This document shows positions 12,052-21,023 of a stretch of DNA of 21,868 bases, piece after piece. This DNA is from a virus. Its lineage: Duplodnaviria; Heunggongvirae; Uroviricota; Caudoviricetes. The notes under the pieces are model-generated. The model was not told the DNA's origin. It searched no databases and saw only the letters and a program-made list of their open reading frames with translations. Location of the stretch: the IMG/VR virus record IMGVR_UViG_2700989545_000008; one strand, written 5' to 3'. The translations under genes and the position numbers were made by a program. The number at the start of each line of letters is the position of its first letter. The first letter of the stretch is position 1.

Positions 12052-12729
12052 ATGAATAACATGACAACGAAAGAGCTTTTGACGGCACTTCCAAAATACA
12101 AAAGCCATAAAACAGTTCGCGCCTCAAAAATCAAAGATATCGAAATTATCGCCCTAATGGATGTGGTCCTTTTTTGCAACATCGAAGTCGTTGAGCCAGA
12201 AGGGGTAAAAGTCCATGTTGATAAAATGTTTTTGCAAAAACACCGACCAGAAATTGGCGGATATCTGGTCGCTTATGAGGACGGATCTCTGTCCTATTCA
12301 CCAGAAAAAACATTTGAAGAAGGCTTTAGTCGGACTAACGACTTCTTCGAAAATGGGGTATCGCTCAGTATTGAAGGTCACAATGGGGTGACATTCATTA
12401 CAGCCAGGGACGTAACTATTGCTGCCAGTGGCATCATTACCACACAAGAAGAAATCGACCTTGAAGCAGCCGACTTTTCTGACGCGCTGATGTGGCTGAA
12501 GGATGGCAAGAAAGTTGCTCGACGCGGGTGGAACGGCGAAAACCAATTCTGCTGGCTGGTTCCTGAAGGACAGTACCCGGCACGAATGGAAGCCATTAAG
12601 GGATATTTCCCCGGCGACCTCGTTCCGTATGGTGCTTATTTCGCCTTAAAAAATGCACAAGGTGTAGTTGTTCCGTGGGTTCCTTCTGTAGGCGACTTAC
12701 TGGCATGTGACTGGTTTGTAGTGGAGTGA
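12052..12729 (+). CDS. Two-domain cargo protein: unknown N-terminal domain plus C-terminal DUF2829 (Tad2-like) domain
   Basis: ATG at 12052 with GAGGAAAG 4-11 nt upstream. C-terminal ~85 aa (FSDALMWLKDGKKVARRGWNG...VVVPWVPSVGDLLACDWFVVE) follow the DUF2829 pattern as I remember it. The frame is open back into the N run, so a longer N-terminus cannot be excluded. Confidence 0.7.
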   Translation: MNNMTTKELLTALPKYKSHKTVRASKIKDIEIIALMDVVLFCNIEVVEPEGVKVHVDKMFLQKHRPEIGGYLVAYEDGSLSYSPEKTFEEGFSRTNDFFENGVSLSIEGHNGVTFITARDVTIAASGIITTQEEIDLEAADFSDALMWLKDGKKVARRGWNGENQFCWLVPEGQYPARMEAIKGYFPGDLVPYGAYFALKNAQGVVVPWVPSVGDLLACDWFVVE

Positions 12730-12735
12730 TTTAAC

Positions 12736-13518
12736 GTGGAAAATACTAAAGCAATTCAATACCGCCTGCGTAATGGTCAGAGTGTCGAAGTGACCATCAA
12801 TAATGATGGTGTGCCTGGCGAAAAGGTTTCGATCTCTGATCTGGCTATCGAAAAAACCATCATGTGCCACCTTGGCTTTACTGAAGAAGTGAGCAAAAAG
12901 CATGGTGTAGCAATCTGGAGCGCAATGGATACTGGTATGCGCAGATTCATTACTGCTCGTACCCCAGGGATGACCATGATGGACCTCATGCAGATTGCGC
13001 CGCTGTTTGAATGTGAGCCTTTAGATGTATTCAGCAATCCAGCTATCTGCCAGCAGCTATATGGTGAGATGAAACTCGCGGTTACCCCCATTGTGCTGCA
13101 TGAAGGATCGCTTGCTGGCGTGTGGAAAGTGGAGCGTATTTCAAGCTACATGCCTTTCCATGTCAACGGCGTAATCACTGGTGAAAATCAACCTGTTTCC
13201 GTTATAAAGTCAGACCTCAAGCGCGCAATTCTTGAAGCAAGTTGTCGAGTTGTCGGCCTGGGCAAACAGTCTTATGTTTCCTTCCCGGCTGGCCCTGAAG
13301 GCCCGGCAGAAATTCTGATTATGGATGCCGATCTGCTCTGGCAAATACAGTTTCTGATTGGCAAAAGCATCATCCGCGCTGAAGAACTCGATCAGTACAT
13401 TACCTGCACGATGACGGATGAAGTCAAAAGTGTGGCTATAGCCAATGCCCGGAACCTATGTCGTGCTGCATTAACAGAACTGCAAGAAAACACCACGGAA
13501 GAAGTGGAAAGCGATTAA
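12736..13518 (+). CDS. Hypothetical 260-aa protein coupled to the DUF2829 gene
   Basis: GTG start 7 nt after the upstream stop, GGAG Shine-Dalgarno inside the upstream gene's last codons. No motif recognised. Ends at the strong terminator. Confidence 0.6.
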   Translation: MENTKAIQYRLRNGQSVEVTINNDGVPGEKVSISDLAIEKTIMCHLGFTEEVSKKHGVAIWSAMDTGMRRFITARTPGMTMMDLMQIAPLFECEPLDVFSNPAICQQLYGEMKLAVTPIVLHEGSLAGVWKVERISSYMPFHVNGVITGENQPVSVIKSDLKRAILEASCRVVGLGKQSYVSFPAGPEGPAEILIMDADLLWQIQFLIGKSIIRAEELDQYITCTMTDEVKSVAIANARNLCRAALTELQENTTEEVESD

Positions 13519-13549
13519 AAAAAATCCCGCCGAGTGGCGGGATTTCTTC
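13517..13549. terminator. Strong bidirectional intrinsic terminator
   Basis: A7 tract, perfect 8-bp GC-rich stem ATCCCGCC / GGCGGGAT with loop GAGT, then TTCTTC. Lies between the convergent stops of the 12736-13518 and 13548-13856 ORFs. Confidence 0.8.
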
Positions 13550-13856
13550 AATATACGATCTGGTCTACATGATCACCAAAATCATCGTCGTCGTCCTCAT
13601 CGCCACCATCTACTGCTGGCCAATCAACAAACCAGCCAGCGTAAAGATGCAGCGTTCGGAGAACATCACTTGCGGGAGCATCAAGGGTGTTAACGAATCC
13701 CATATAGCTATTGGGATTTGCCCCAGCTATGGCTTCAGCGATCATGTCCTCGGTAATGTCACCGGAGATAATGCTTAAACGCCCGGAAACTTCTTCATTA
13801 TCATCAAATTCGATAATGGCATCTCCACCTAATGGCGCTGCGATTTTAATCTGCAT
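13548..13856 (-). CDS. Extremely acidic 102-aa protein, translationally coupled to the ddrB-like gene
   Basis: ATG overlaps the end of the upstream ORF by 11 nt. About 23 Asp/Glu against 3 Lys/Arg, including a C-terminal DGGDEDDDDDFGDHVDQ tract. No helix-turn-helix pattern. Confidence 0.6.
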   Translation of the reverse strand: MQIKIAAPLGGDAIIEFDDNEEVSGRLSIISGDITEDMIAEAIAGANPNSYMGFVNTLDAPASDVLRTLHLYAGWFVDWPAVDGGDEDDDDDFGDHVDQIVY

Positions 13857-16718
13857 TATTTAGCTCCTTTGCCACACCTAATAACAGTTCCAGCAATCCG
13901 TCACCATTCATCAGTGATGCGGCAGCGGCCTCTTTGTCATGATACAACTGAAGAGCCATAGAGAATACTTCCGTTGCTGACGTTTTGGAAATAGTCGGTG
14001 ATTTCTGCCGAATTTTCCCGGTGTTACTTACTGAGGCTGGCGGGTATACCTTCGCCATATAAATATTACTCAATCGAGATCTGAAGCACCATTCAGGCTT
14101 GCCACGCCCACCGATATTGACGAAAGATGGCTTATCCCCTTCAACATTGGACTTCAGGAATGACCGGGCTTTCTCTAACAAACCAGGGTTACTGTACTCA
14201 AGATGATGACCCAGCTCGTGCCACAGTGCACTTGCATTTTCATCGTTCAAATTGACAGCAACAACACCATTAAGATTTGCATATGCCCTTCCCTGGTGGT
14301 GAACTACCTTTGATAAGGTCGATATTTTCCCGCCGGTCAGGCGATAAATATCAGCAAGTTCCTTGCGCAGGTCTATCCCACCATTCTGTCCAGCGCGGAC
14401 TTCTTCCACTTCTTCTGTGATAAAAGAGTCGGCCCACTCAAGAGCTTTTTCTTCAGATACGGATGAGTTTGCGATCGCACTGTTCATGGCAGATAACACT
14501 TTCTCGTGGACCGAACCCATACTTCGCTGATTCATTTGCCAGCGTATCTGCGGGTTATATGAGAATCGCTTAAGTAGTTGGTCAAGCTGCTCAAGTTCTT
14601 CTTCACTGACATACTTTTTAGCCTCACCAATAATGCCAGGGAGAATATTGCCGTTAGGATTAAACGCTCGCGAAAGGAAGAGTTTCAGCGCCCCCATGCC
14701 CTCCGATGCTTCAATATCACCAATAACCCGGTTAACAATGGCCGCACTCTTCGGATTAGCATCCGCCAACGCTCTGGCTACGATTTGCAGGGACGATACG
14801 ACCTCACGCTGCATATCAGTCCTGATCTCATCAATAAACTCTGGCGTTATGCCGTGCTCTTTAAGAATATCCCGGCCTTCCGCCGTTACCCCATCGATAT
14901 CACCGACATGTTTATTAACACGACTTTGCAATGCCTTAAATGCCTTCAGAATTCCACGGGCATCATCCGCTTTACTAACGGCCTTCCTGAATGCTGGCAA
15001 GAAGTCTGAGTTAACCTCATTTTGTCGATCGGCCCACTGAATGGAGGCTTCTTTCATCTCGTCCAGAGTCAGATCAACCAACGCGGTATGGTCTGTGAAT
15101 ATGAGCGACAACCTCTGAACCATTTCTGCCAATGGTGATGCCGAATGCGCCGCGCTAAGGAATGCTTTCACCCTGGTTGGGCGAATGGAAAACCAGTCAA
15201 TAGCTGGTGGCATATCTCCGTTTTTTATCGCCTGCGCTATCTCGTCAAAGCCATCGCGCCCAAGGGAGGATGCGTGATTTAACAAGCCGCGAAGTAACGA
15301 ATTGCTGATACCGAATAATCGGCACCATTTTTTCACGTCGGCAACAGGCATTCGAACAAAATGCGCAAGCACTTGTACAAGCTGTTCATCCTGGGGATCT
15401 GTGCGGGAAAGCAGCCTGATCAGATGAATAATGTCTTTGATGCCGGATGCCCGATGTAATAGCAAACTGGTATACGGAGCAACACCGTTGTAACTACCGC
15501 CGGAAACGGACTCGAAAAGNNNNNNNNNNNNNNNNNNNNNNNNNNNNNNNNNNNNNNNNNNNNNNNNNNNNNNNNNNNNNNNNNNNNNNNNNNNNNNNNN
15601 NNNNNNNNNNNNNNNNNNNNNNNNNNNNNNNNNNNNNNNNNNNNNNNNNCCCCCTGAGCAATAACATCGGTAATATGCTGGCCTGACTCCTTCGATTGCC
15701 TTACCAGGTCTACCGCATCTTTCAATGCCGCCAGCGCCTTTTTATCGAGGCTATCCGCTGTCTCAATGCCATCAACAATAGTTGTCACAGCCTGCTTGTG
15801 CGCTTCTCCTGATAAAGCCTGCATCTGGACAAAATCATTGGCTGCCGCATTAAGCGCCGTCAGAACATTACGCATATCCGGATCAGGTTCTTCTGCAACC
15901 ATCCTTACCAGGCGCGCATCCTTATATGCCTTGGCAAAGATCGCGTTTTGTATACGGTCTACAAGTTGCCGTGTTGGTCGCCCATCTTCAGTTACAAGGC
16001 CAGCCGCCTGTGTGGCACCAACTTGCGTCATAAATCCGCGAATAAACGCGTCATTACTGCGGCTAAGCAGATCTCCACTTTCTGACGGGTTAAACAACGC
16101 CATCATCGCCGGTGTTATGCTGTCGGCATCAACAAAAGCCTTTTCACTGGCTGCCATTTCCTGGAGATCAGAAATATTTGAGTCCTTGGCAAACTGAACA
16201 CGGTCAACCTTCGTTAACCGGCGGCGCACCAGTACCGGAGCCGTCATTGATTCAACCTTTTCAGGCCGTATGCCGAATTCGGTCGCATGTTCAATCAGGT
16301 ACTCCCGATACCGATCCGCATTACCGTCCTGATAGGCTTTAATGATCCCCATGGTCCGCCCATTACCTGACTCAACGGCATTGTCCTCACCAATTATTGG
16401 CGCACCATGGCTGGATAAACCGGAATCAGTAAGCTGAGCTGGCCGCAAATCTTTGGATATCTGGTTAACCTGAAGAAGGCTGGATGCGCGGGTCCGGTCG
16501 CGCGGCTGAAGTTCCTGGGGATAGTCAGGATTAATTTTCCCATCCAGAGTATTGGATACCAAAAGAGCTGAGGCATCGACGATATCAAACGCTGTTTTTA
16601 CCTCGTCTCCCTTCGCTGTCACCACATACGAAACCCGCCCATAATCGGGCAGGTTCTTTAGCAGCTCGATCAGCGTTTCTATGCTGGTGGCCATTACCAC
16701 CTGATCGCTTAAGCTCAT
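13846..16718 (-). CDS. ddrB: DdrB-like large darA-operon protein, interrupted by an N run; contains an HExxH motif
   Basis: N-terminal part 15651-16718 (356 codons) and C-terminal part 13846-15519 (open to the N-run edge; track start 15465 is only a TTG). The two parts are in different frames if the N run is exactly 130 nt. LWHELGHHLEYS in the C-terminal part. Together about 950 aa, consistent with the roughly 108-kDa DdrB I recall. Confidence 0.5.
15520..15649. other. 130-nt run of N inside the ddrB-like gene
   Basis: Literal n characters; flanking frames differ by one nucleotide. Confidence 1.
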
Positions 16719-16730
16719 CCCTGTTACGCC

Positions 16731-17096
16731 TTATGCTGCCTCTTTAATGTTGGCGGCTATCCATGCCGCAGTGTGCTGTTTAACCTGGTCCAGGTCGATG
16801 TATGTGCCAACATATTGACTCAAATCCTGCAAGGTACCGATAAATGCATCGGTGCTCTGATCGACGAATTTATCAGCCAGGAAATCAGCAACCAGTTTTG
16901 GCACACCATCATGTTCCGAAGGTTGTTTTTCCTCGCCACTACCACCGCCGGACGCGCCGTACCCCATCTGTTGCATGATCTGGTCAATTTCATCGCTGAT
17001 ATCCAGCAACTCCATGCCACTCGCGGTAGCCGCTTTGGACATCAGAGCATCCAACTTATCGCTGAGATCCATTAACTCAATAGCTGATAGTGTCAT
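16731..17096 (-). CDS. ddrA: DdrA-like small acidic protein of the darA operon
   Basis: 121-aa ORF; ATG overlaps the darA stop (ATGA); 12 nt upstream of the ddrB-like start. Assignment by synteny. Confidence 0.5.
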   Translation of the reverse strand: MTLSAIELMDLSDKLDALMSKAATASGMELLDISDEIDQIMQQMGYGASGGGSGEEKQPSEHDGVPKLVADFLADKFVDQSTDAFIGTLQDLSQYVGTYIDLDQVKQHTAAWIAANIKEAA

Positions 17097-19012
17097 GCCG
17101 CTACCCCCGCTTTCTGGATTGCTACCAACAGATCAGCCAGGTGGCGAGCTGCGCCGTTAACCAGCTCTTCGTTTTCCTCAAAACGTCCGGCAGCCTGAAG
17201 GGCTGCAATCGCTTCCCGGACATTGCCCCGGGCGTTACGGATCTCCGCCATGTCAGTGCTTTGTATATCCATCACGTTATTGAGATATTCAATGGCTTTA
17301 TTAGCCTCTGCATCTGCTTCGCTAACCGTTTCATCAGGCTGTGCCGGGGCCGGTTCTGGCTGAGGAATCTCACCGACTTCGGCCTGCAATGCATTGATCA
17401 TGCTCTGCACCATTTTCTCGGTGCCAGCGCCCCCAGGAAACGCAATATTGGGGAAAGTTTTTTGAAACTGAGTTTTCAGCATTACGCGGAACTCGTCTGG
17501 TGAGCTGGTGGCCAGCTCCAGAGCTTTTTGTGAATATTTGCCAAACGGACCATTAGTAAGTGTCTTCGCCAGGAAGTCGAAAGAATCCTCGCGAGGCAAT
17601 AACTTCAGGTCGTACTCACTCATTTGCTGATCAGAAAGCGGGGTATCGTAAGTAGCAATGCCGTAGCGTGCATATTCATAATACGGGTCACCTTCATCAG
17701 GGCGCGGCAGAATTGCTTTGTTACCTTCAGGTATTGCGCCAGGGGCCGCCGGACGCATTTGCAGGGCATATCGATATGCACCTACAGAGACTTCTGGTTC
17801 AGGCGAAGAGCTACCGGTATCCTCCGCTGGTTCAGGTTCGACGTTTTCCGGTTTATGTTCTTCTGGTTGGACCAGGTATTCCGATACATTACCCGCTTTA
17901 TAGGCTTTAAACAGCTTGCCGATCGCATCTGCCATGTCCACACCCTGTATGGATTTAGCCTTGATCATGTATACGCTGCCATCCGGATCGGTTAACTGGA
18001 TATACCCTTCGCCGCCCCCAATGAATTGCTTCATTGATGCACCATTACTGAGCGTCACTTCCCCGTCCATATGCATACGATTTTTGATACTGGCAAGGCG
18101 ATCCGTCAGCGCGCGAGAGTGCCCACCAGTCATCCCCGCTGGAGCAATGGTATCGCGCCCACCAGTGCGATTGAGCTGATCAATCTCCGTCTGCAAACGC
18201 TCATTCTCTTCATAAAGAGAATCCGCTTCCGATGCAACAGCGTTAATTTTCTGCTCCAGATCTGCCTTCTGCCCTTCTACCGCTGCCACCTGATCCGCGA
18301 GGTCGCTCATGGCATCCTCTTTCTGGTCACTGTCAGCCTGTAGTTGGGTTATTTCATCAACAAGGGCTTTTTTCTTCTTCTGCGCACGCTGGAATTTTGC
18401 CGAGTTTTTCTCTGCAAGGTTGGCAAGTTTCATGGTGACCTGCGCCAGCGTCATATCACGTCCACTCATCGGAGCAACGGTGTGAGTAACGTCTTTTTTA
18501 TTCAGTAAGAACTGGAAAGCAACCAGCGTATCGCTATTGGTGATCCGGTTTTCCGCTGTCGGGCTATGAAACAGAATGCTGATAGTCTGACCATCACTGA
18601 GCGGAATAATGGCTGGCAAGACCGGCAGCCCGTTAACGTTACGTGCCCGGCCAATTTCAGCGCCGCCGATCGCGCGCGCGCCGCTCTGGGCCACATCCCC
18701 CGTTTTATCACTCCCCGCAGAGATTCCGGTACCATTCAGCTTCTGGTTCAATGCCCGGACAAATGCCTGCATGGTCCGGTGTAACTGCAAACGAGTAGAA
18801 CTAATCGCCTCCAGTAAATCCGTAGCACACCAGTGGATCGGCGTGTCATAGAAGAACGTAGCCTCGATTTCCTCCAGGGTGTTGGATTCCGTCATCAGAT
18901 AGCGGTCCTCACCGGCCATTAATGCGCGATATTCATCATCAGTCACTGGCGGGGGAAGCACGTCAAGCCCAGGCTTGATCGTCACCCCTTTATTGATATT
19001 GAACTGTTCCAT
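17093..19012 (-). CDS. darA: DarA-like capsid-internal antirestriction protein
   Basis: 639-aa ORF, the size I recall for P1 DarA. Shares a KNSAKFQ-containing segment (LANLAEKNSAKFQRAQKKKKA) and coiled-coil-like region with the upstream Hdf-like protein. Proline/glutamate-rich linkers. Confidence 0.7.
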   Translation of the reverse strand: MEQFNINKGVTIKPGLDVLPPPVTDDEYRALMAGEDRYLMTESNTLEEIEATFFYDTPIHWCATDLLEAISSTRLQLHRTMQAFVRALNQKLNGTGISAGSDKTGDVAQSGARAIGGAEIGRARNVNGLPVLPAIIPLSDGQTISILFHSPTAENRITNSDTLVAFQFLLNKKDVTHTVAPMSGRDMTLAQVTMKLANLAEKNSAKFQRAQKKKKALVDEITQLQADSDQKEDAMSDLADQVAAVEGQKADLEQKINAVASEADSLYEENERLQTEIDQLNRTGGRDTIAPAGMTGGHSRALTDRLASIKNRMHMDGEVTLSNGASMKQFIGGGEGYIQLTDPDGSVYMIKAKSIQGVDMADAIGKLFKAYKAGNVSEYLVQPEEHKPENVEPEPAEDTGSSSPEPEVSVGAYRYALQMRPAAPGAIPEGNKAILPRPDEGDPYYEYARYGIATYDTPLSDQQMSEYDLKLLPREDSFDFLAKTLTNGPFGKYSQKALELATSSPDEFRVMLKTQFQKTFPNIAFPGGAGTEKMVQSMINALQAEVGEIPQPEPAPAQPDETVSEADAEANKAIEYLNNVMDIQSTDMAEIRNARGNVREAIAALQAAGRFEENEELVNGAARHLADLLVAIQKAGVAA

Positions 19013-19013
19013 G

Positions 19014-19616
19014 TTAATTTCCTGCTTTCAGTTGCTTAAGACGGCGTTTGAGTTCGCCATTTCGGGCCTTTTCGTTATTGAGTCGGCCTGTCTCCTTATC
19101 CAGCTTCGCCCGCAAATCAGTGATCTGCTGTTGATTGAAAGACACCGAGTTCTGCGCTGATTTATAAGCGGCAACCACCTGAGCATTCCGCTGTTTTGCC
19201 TCTTGCAGGCGCTGAAAGTTGGATTTTACTGCCGGTTTCTTGTCTACCGGATTGGCAACACGTTTCGCTTTGGCGATCAGTGATTTCTGGAATTTTGCGG
19301 AGTTTTTGCGGGCCGCTTGCCCCATGACGGTACCAAGCGTCTTGATATCCGGCGACTGAGCGTTAGGAATAGCTTTTCCATTCAGCCTCACAGACGATAT
19401 ATCGCCAGTATCGTTTACCTGTATGGCAAGAATTTGTCCGTCGTTAAGAACCAGCTTTGCGGTTTTAACTTTAACGCCATCTTTCGTTGTTGCGCGGTTG
19501 CTGGAGTCAACCTCAATTACCGTAACACCGGTTTTATTGATCGCCGCGATAAGGGATTTCAGCCCCTTTTCATTAACCTGGTCAAAATCGACCGTTGCAT
19601 ACTTATTTTTCGTCAT
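19014..19616 (-). CDS. hdf: Hdf-like protein (head-size determination factor; DarA paralogue)
   Basis: Second ATG (MTKNKYATVDF...) is preceded by GGATG-type Shine-Dalgarno; about 200 aa. Contains AARKNSAKFQKSLIAKAK, resembling the DarA segment. Ends 1 nt before the darA start. Confidence 0.6.
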   Translation of the reverse strand: MTKNKYATVDFDQVNEKGLKSLIAAINKTGVTVIEVDSSNRATTKDGVKVKTAKLVLNDGQILAIQVNDTGDISSVRLNGKAIPNAQSPDIKTLGTVMGQAARKNSAKFQKSLIAKAKRVANPVDKKPAVKSNFQRLQEAKQRNAQVVAAYKSAQNSVSFNQQQITDLRAKLDKETGRLNNEKARNGELKRRLKQLKAGN

Positions 19617-20046
19617 CTGACACATCCTGTGCGAGATTTATTACGTAACTTCTGCGGATTTGCTGAGTAACAGGGAAAATCCGATACAACGGGTTAATGA
19701 ACGAGTCGCCATGCGTAACCATGACGTTGAAATGCCACAGTCGCTCTCCTTTACCCATATATTCAGTGGGTATGTACAACCATTCACTGTTTTCGCCCTG
19801 TTCAGCCGACGTCAAACAACGTTGTTCGCCTTCAATCACTGTCGTCGGCTTCTGAACATCGCGGATCCAATATCTGACCGTTGCGCCGCGCAAAAACGGG
19901 AATTTAGACCGGTATTTGAACGGCACCCGGATGAAACCCGGTTTAATTTCCACATCACCAAGTTCTAAATGCGTGATGTCCTTGCGTTTTAGCAAATAGC
20001 GATCGGCTAAGGCTAACGCAAGAACGCATACACCCCAGCCAATCAT
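19603..20046 (-). CDS. lydB: LydB-like lysis regulator (antiholin)
   Basis: 147-aa ORF; ATG overlaps the lydA stop (ATGA); N-terminal hydrophobic segment. Position matches lydA-lydB-hdf-darA order. Confidence 0.55.
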   Translation of the reverse strand: MIGWGVCVLALALADRYLLKRKDITHLELGDVEIKPGFIRVPFKYRSKFPFLRGATVRYWIRDVQKPTTVIEGEQRCLTSAEQGENSEWLYIPTEYMGKGERLWHFNVMVTHGDSFINPLYRIFPVTQQIRRSYVINLAQDVSDDEK

Positions 20047-20372
20047 TTCCCGCCTCCCTTTTTCACCAAACTTGTAAGAACATTCAGAATGCTATCGATA
20101 TTCACTCGTTTCATCCCTGAAATCACCTCATGACCGTTATTGCTGGCTATCGTTACCATTAAGTACGTAATTGATAACTCCCAGCCCTCGTGTTGCCCCA
20201 ATAGGTACGCCACCGCGCCAGCTGTCACTGCAACAAAGATCTCCGTAACCAATCCCAACAAATTGCCAGACTGGCGACCGTCTCGGACATCCATCAGGAA
20301 CGTGCCTATCCCACCAATTACTGAAAGCAGGAGCGCAATAGCAACTGGAGCTAATTCCTGTGTGTCAAGCAC
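20043..20372 (-). CDS. lydA: LydA-like holin
   Basis: 109 aa, GTG start with a GGAGG Shine-Dalgarno 6 nt upstream. Two to three hydrophobic helices and a charged C-terminus (KKGGGK). Confidence 0.6.
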   Translation of the reverse strand: MLDTQELAPVAIALLLSVIGGIGTFLMDVRDGRQSGNLLGLVTEIFVAVTAGAVAYLLGQHEGWELSITYLMVTIASNNGHEVISGMKRVNIDSILNVLTSLVKKGGGK

Positions 20373-20446
20373 AAGTTCCCTCCTACGTTGTCAGGAGGTA
20401 ATGGTATGCAAAGTAACTTCTCAACCGGTTATGTTGCATAAGAGAC

Positions 20447-20710
20447 TTACCTATTCAACCGACTTTTGGAACCTTCAATAATAAGCCTGCTATTGGCGCT
20501 GAAAATAAGAACCATGCAGCTCTGAAGGCTTTCATTCATGTCCTTATATTCCGCGAGATACATGCCAATAAAGCCAGCAAGTACGGCGGAAATACATTCG
20601 GCCAGCAATTTCTTGCATGAAGACTCGTAACGGTTTTCACATAGCCCACTCAAATACGAATACACCCCACCAAGAAGGGATAACATCACGATATGTACAT
20701 AAAATGTCAT
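20447..20710 (-). CDS. Small membrane protein upstream of lydA (possible additional holin-like gene)
   Basis: 87-aa ORF with two hydrophobic segments; AGGT 5 nt before the ATG; 74 nt upstream of lydA on the same strand. Confidence 0.4.
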   Translation of the reverse strand: MTFYVHIVMLSLLGGVYSYLSGLCENRYESSCKKLLAECISAVLAGFIGMYLAEYKDMNESLQSCMVLIFSANSRLIIEGSKSRLNR

Positions 20711-20837
20711 TTTTTACCTATACAACAGTAAGTTGAACAACATTTGAGAACGGTATGCACTTTGTGATTTCCACACACACTGGTTTTGTTAATTAAAACC
20801 TGTAGCTTGCAATAAATAACGATAGTGGGCAGAAAAT

Positions 20838-21023
20838 ATGCTAATAGGCTATGTACGCATATAGACAAATGAACAAAACACAGCTATGCAGTGAAAAGCA
20901 CTTGAAAGCGCAGGATGTGAGCTAATTTTTGCGAATAAGGCGAGCAGCAAAAAAGCTGGACACCCTGGGTTAAAAAAGGTTCTGCGTATGCTTTCCAGAG
21001 GTGATACCCTAGTCTCGGACTAG
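20838..21023 (+). pseudogene. Degenerate N-terminal fragment of a Hin/Gin/Cin-type serine invertase
   Basis: Hand translation from ATG 20838 gives MLIGYVRI*TNEQNTAMQ*KALESAGCELIFANKASSKKAGHPGLKKVLRMLSRGDTLVSD*, collinear with the Cin-like N-terminus on the opposite strand. A stop sits where the catalytic serine should be, and two more in-frame stops follow. Confidence 0.65.

Noticed and set aside
12727-12738. The DUF2829 gene and the 260-aa gene are in the same frame, separated only by TGA plus two codons; considered stop-codon readthrough or a recently split fusion gene.
   Set aside because: The DUF2829 pattern ends naturally at this C-terminus, and the downstream gene has its own GGAG Shine-Dalgarno and GTG start at coupling distance; ordinary translational coupling explains it. 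No selenocysteine-insertion-like hairpin was noticed.
14578-19670. Plus-strand ORFs inside the darA-operon genes (for example 14578-15009, 15766-16197, 17090-17503, 17624-17995, 19317-19670).
   Set aside because: Antisense to a tightly packed minus-strand operon with overlapping start/stop junctions; no start signals; typical shadow ORFs.
20806-20820. TTGCAATAAATAAC upstream of the darA operon as a C1 operator.
   Set aside because: Shares only the ATAAAT core with the consensus. A darA-operon operator may exist, but I could not place it confidently.
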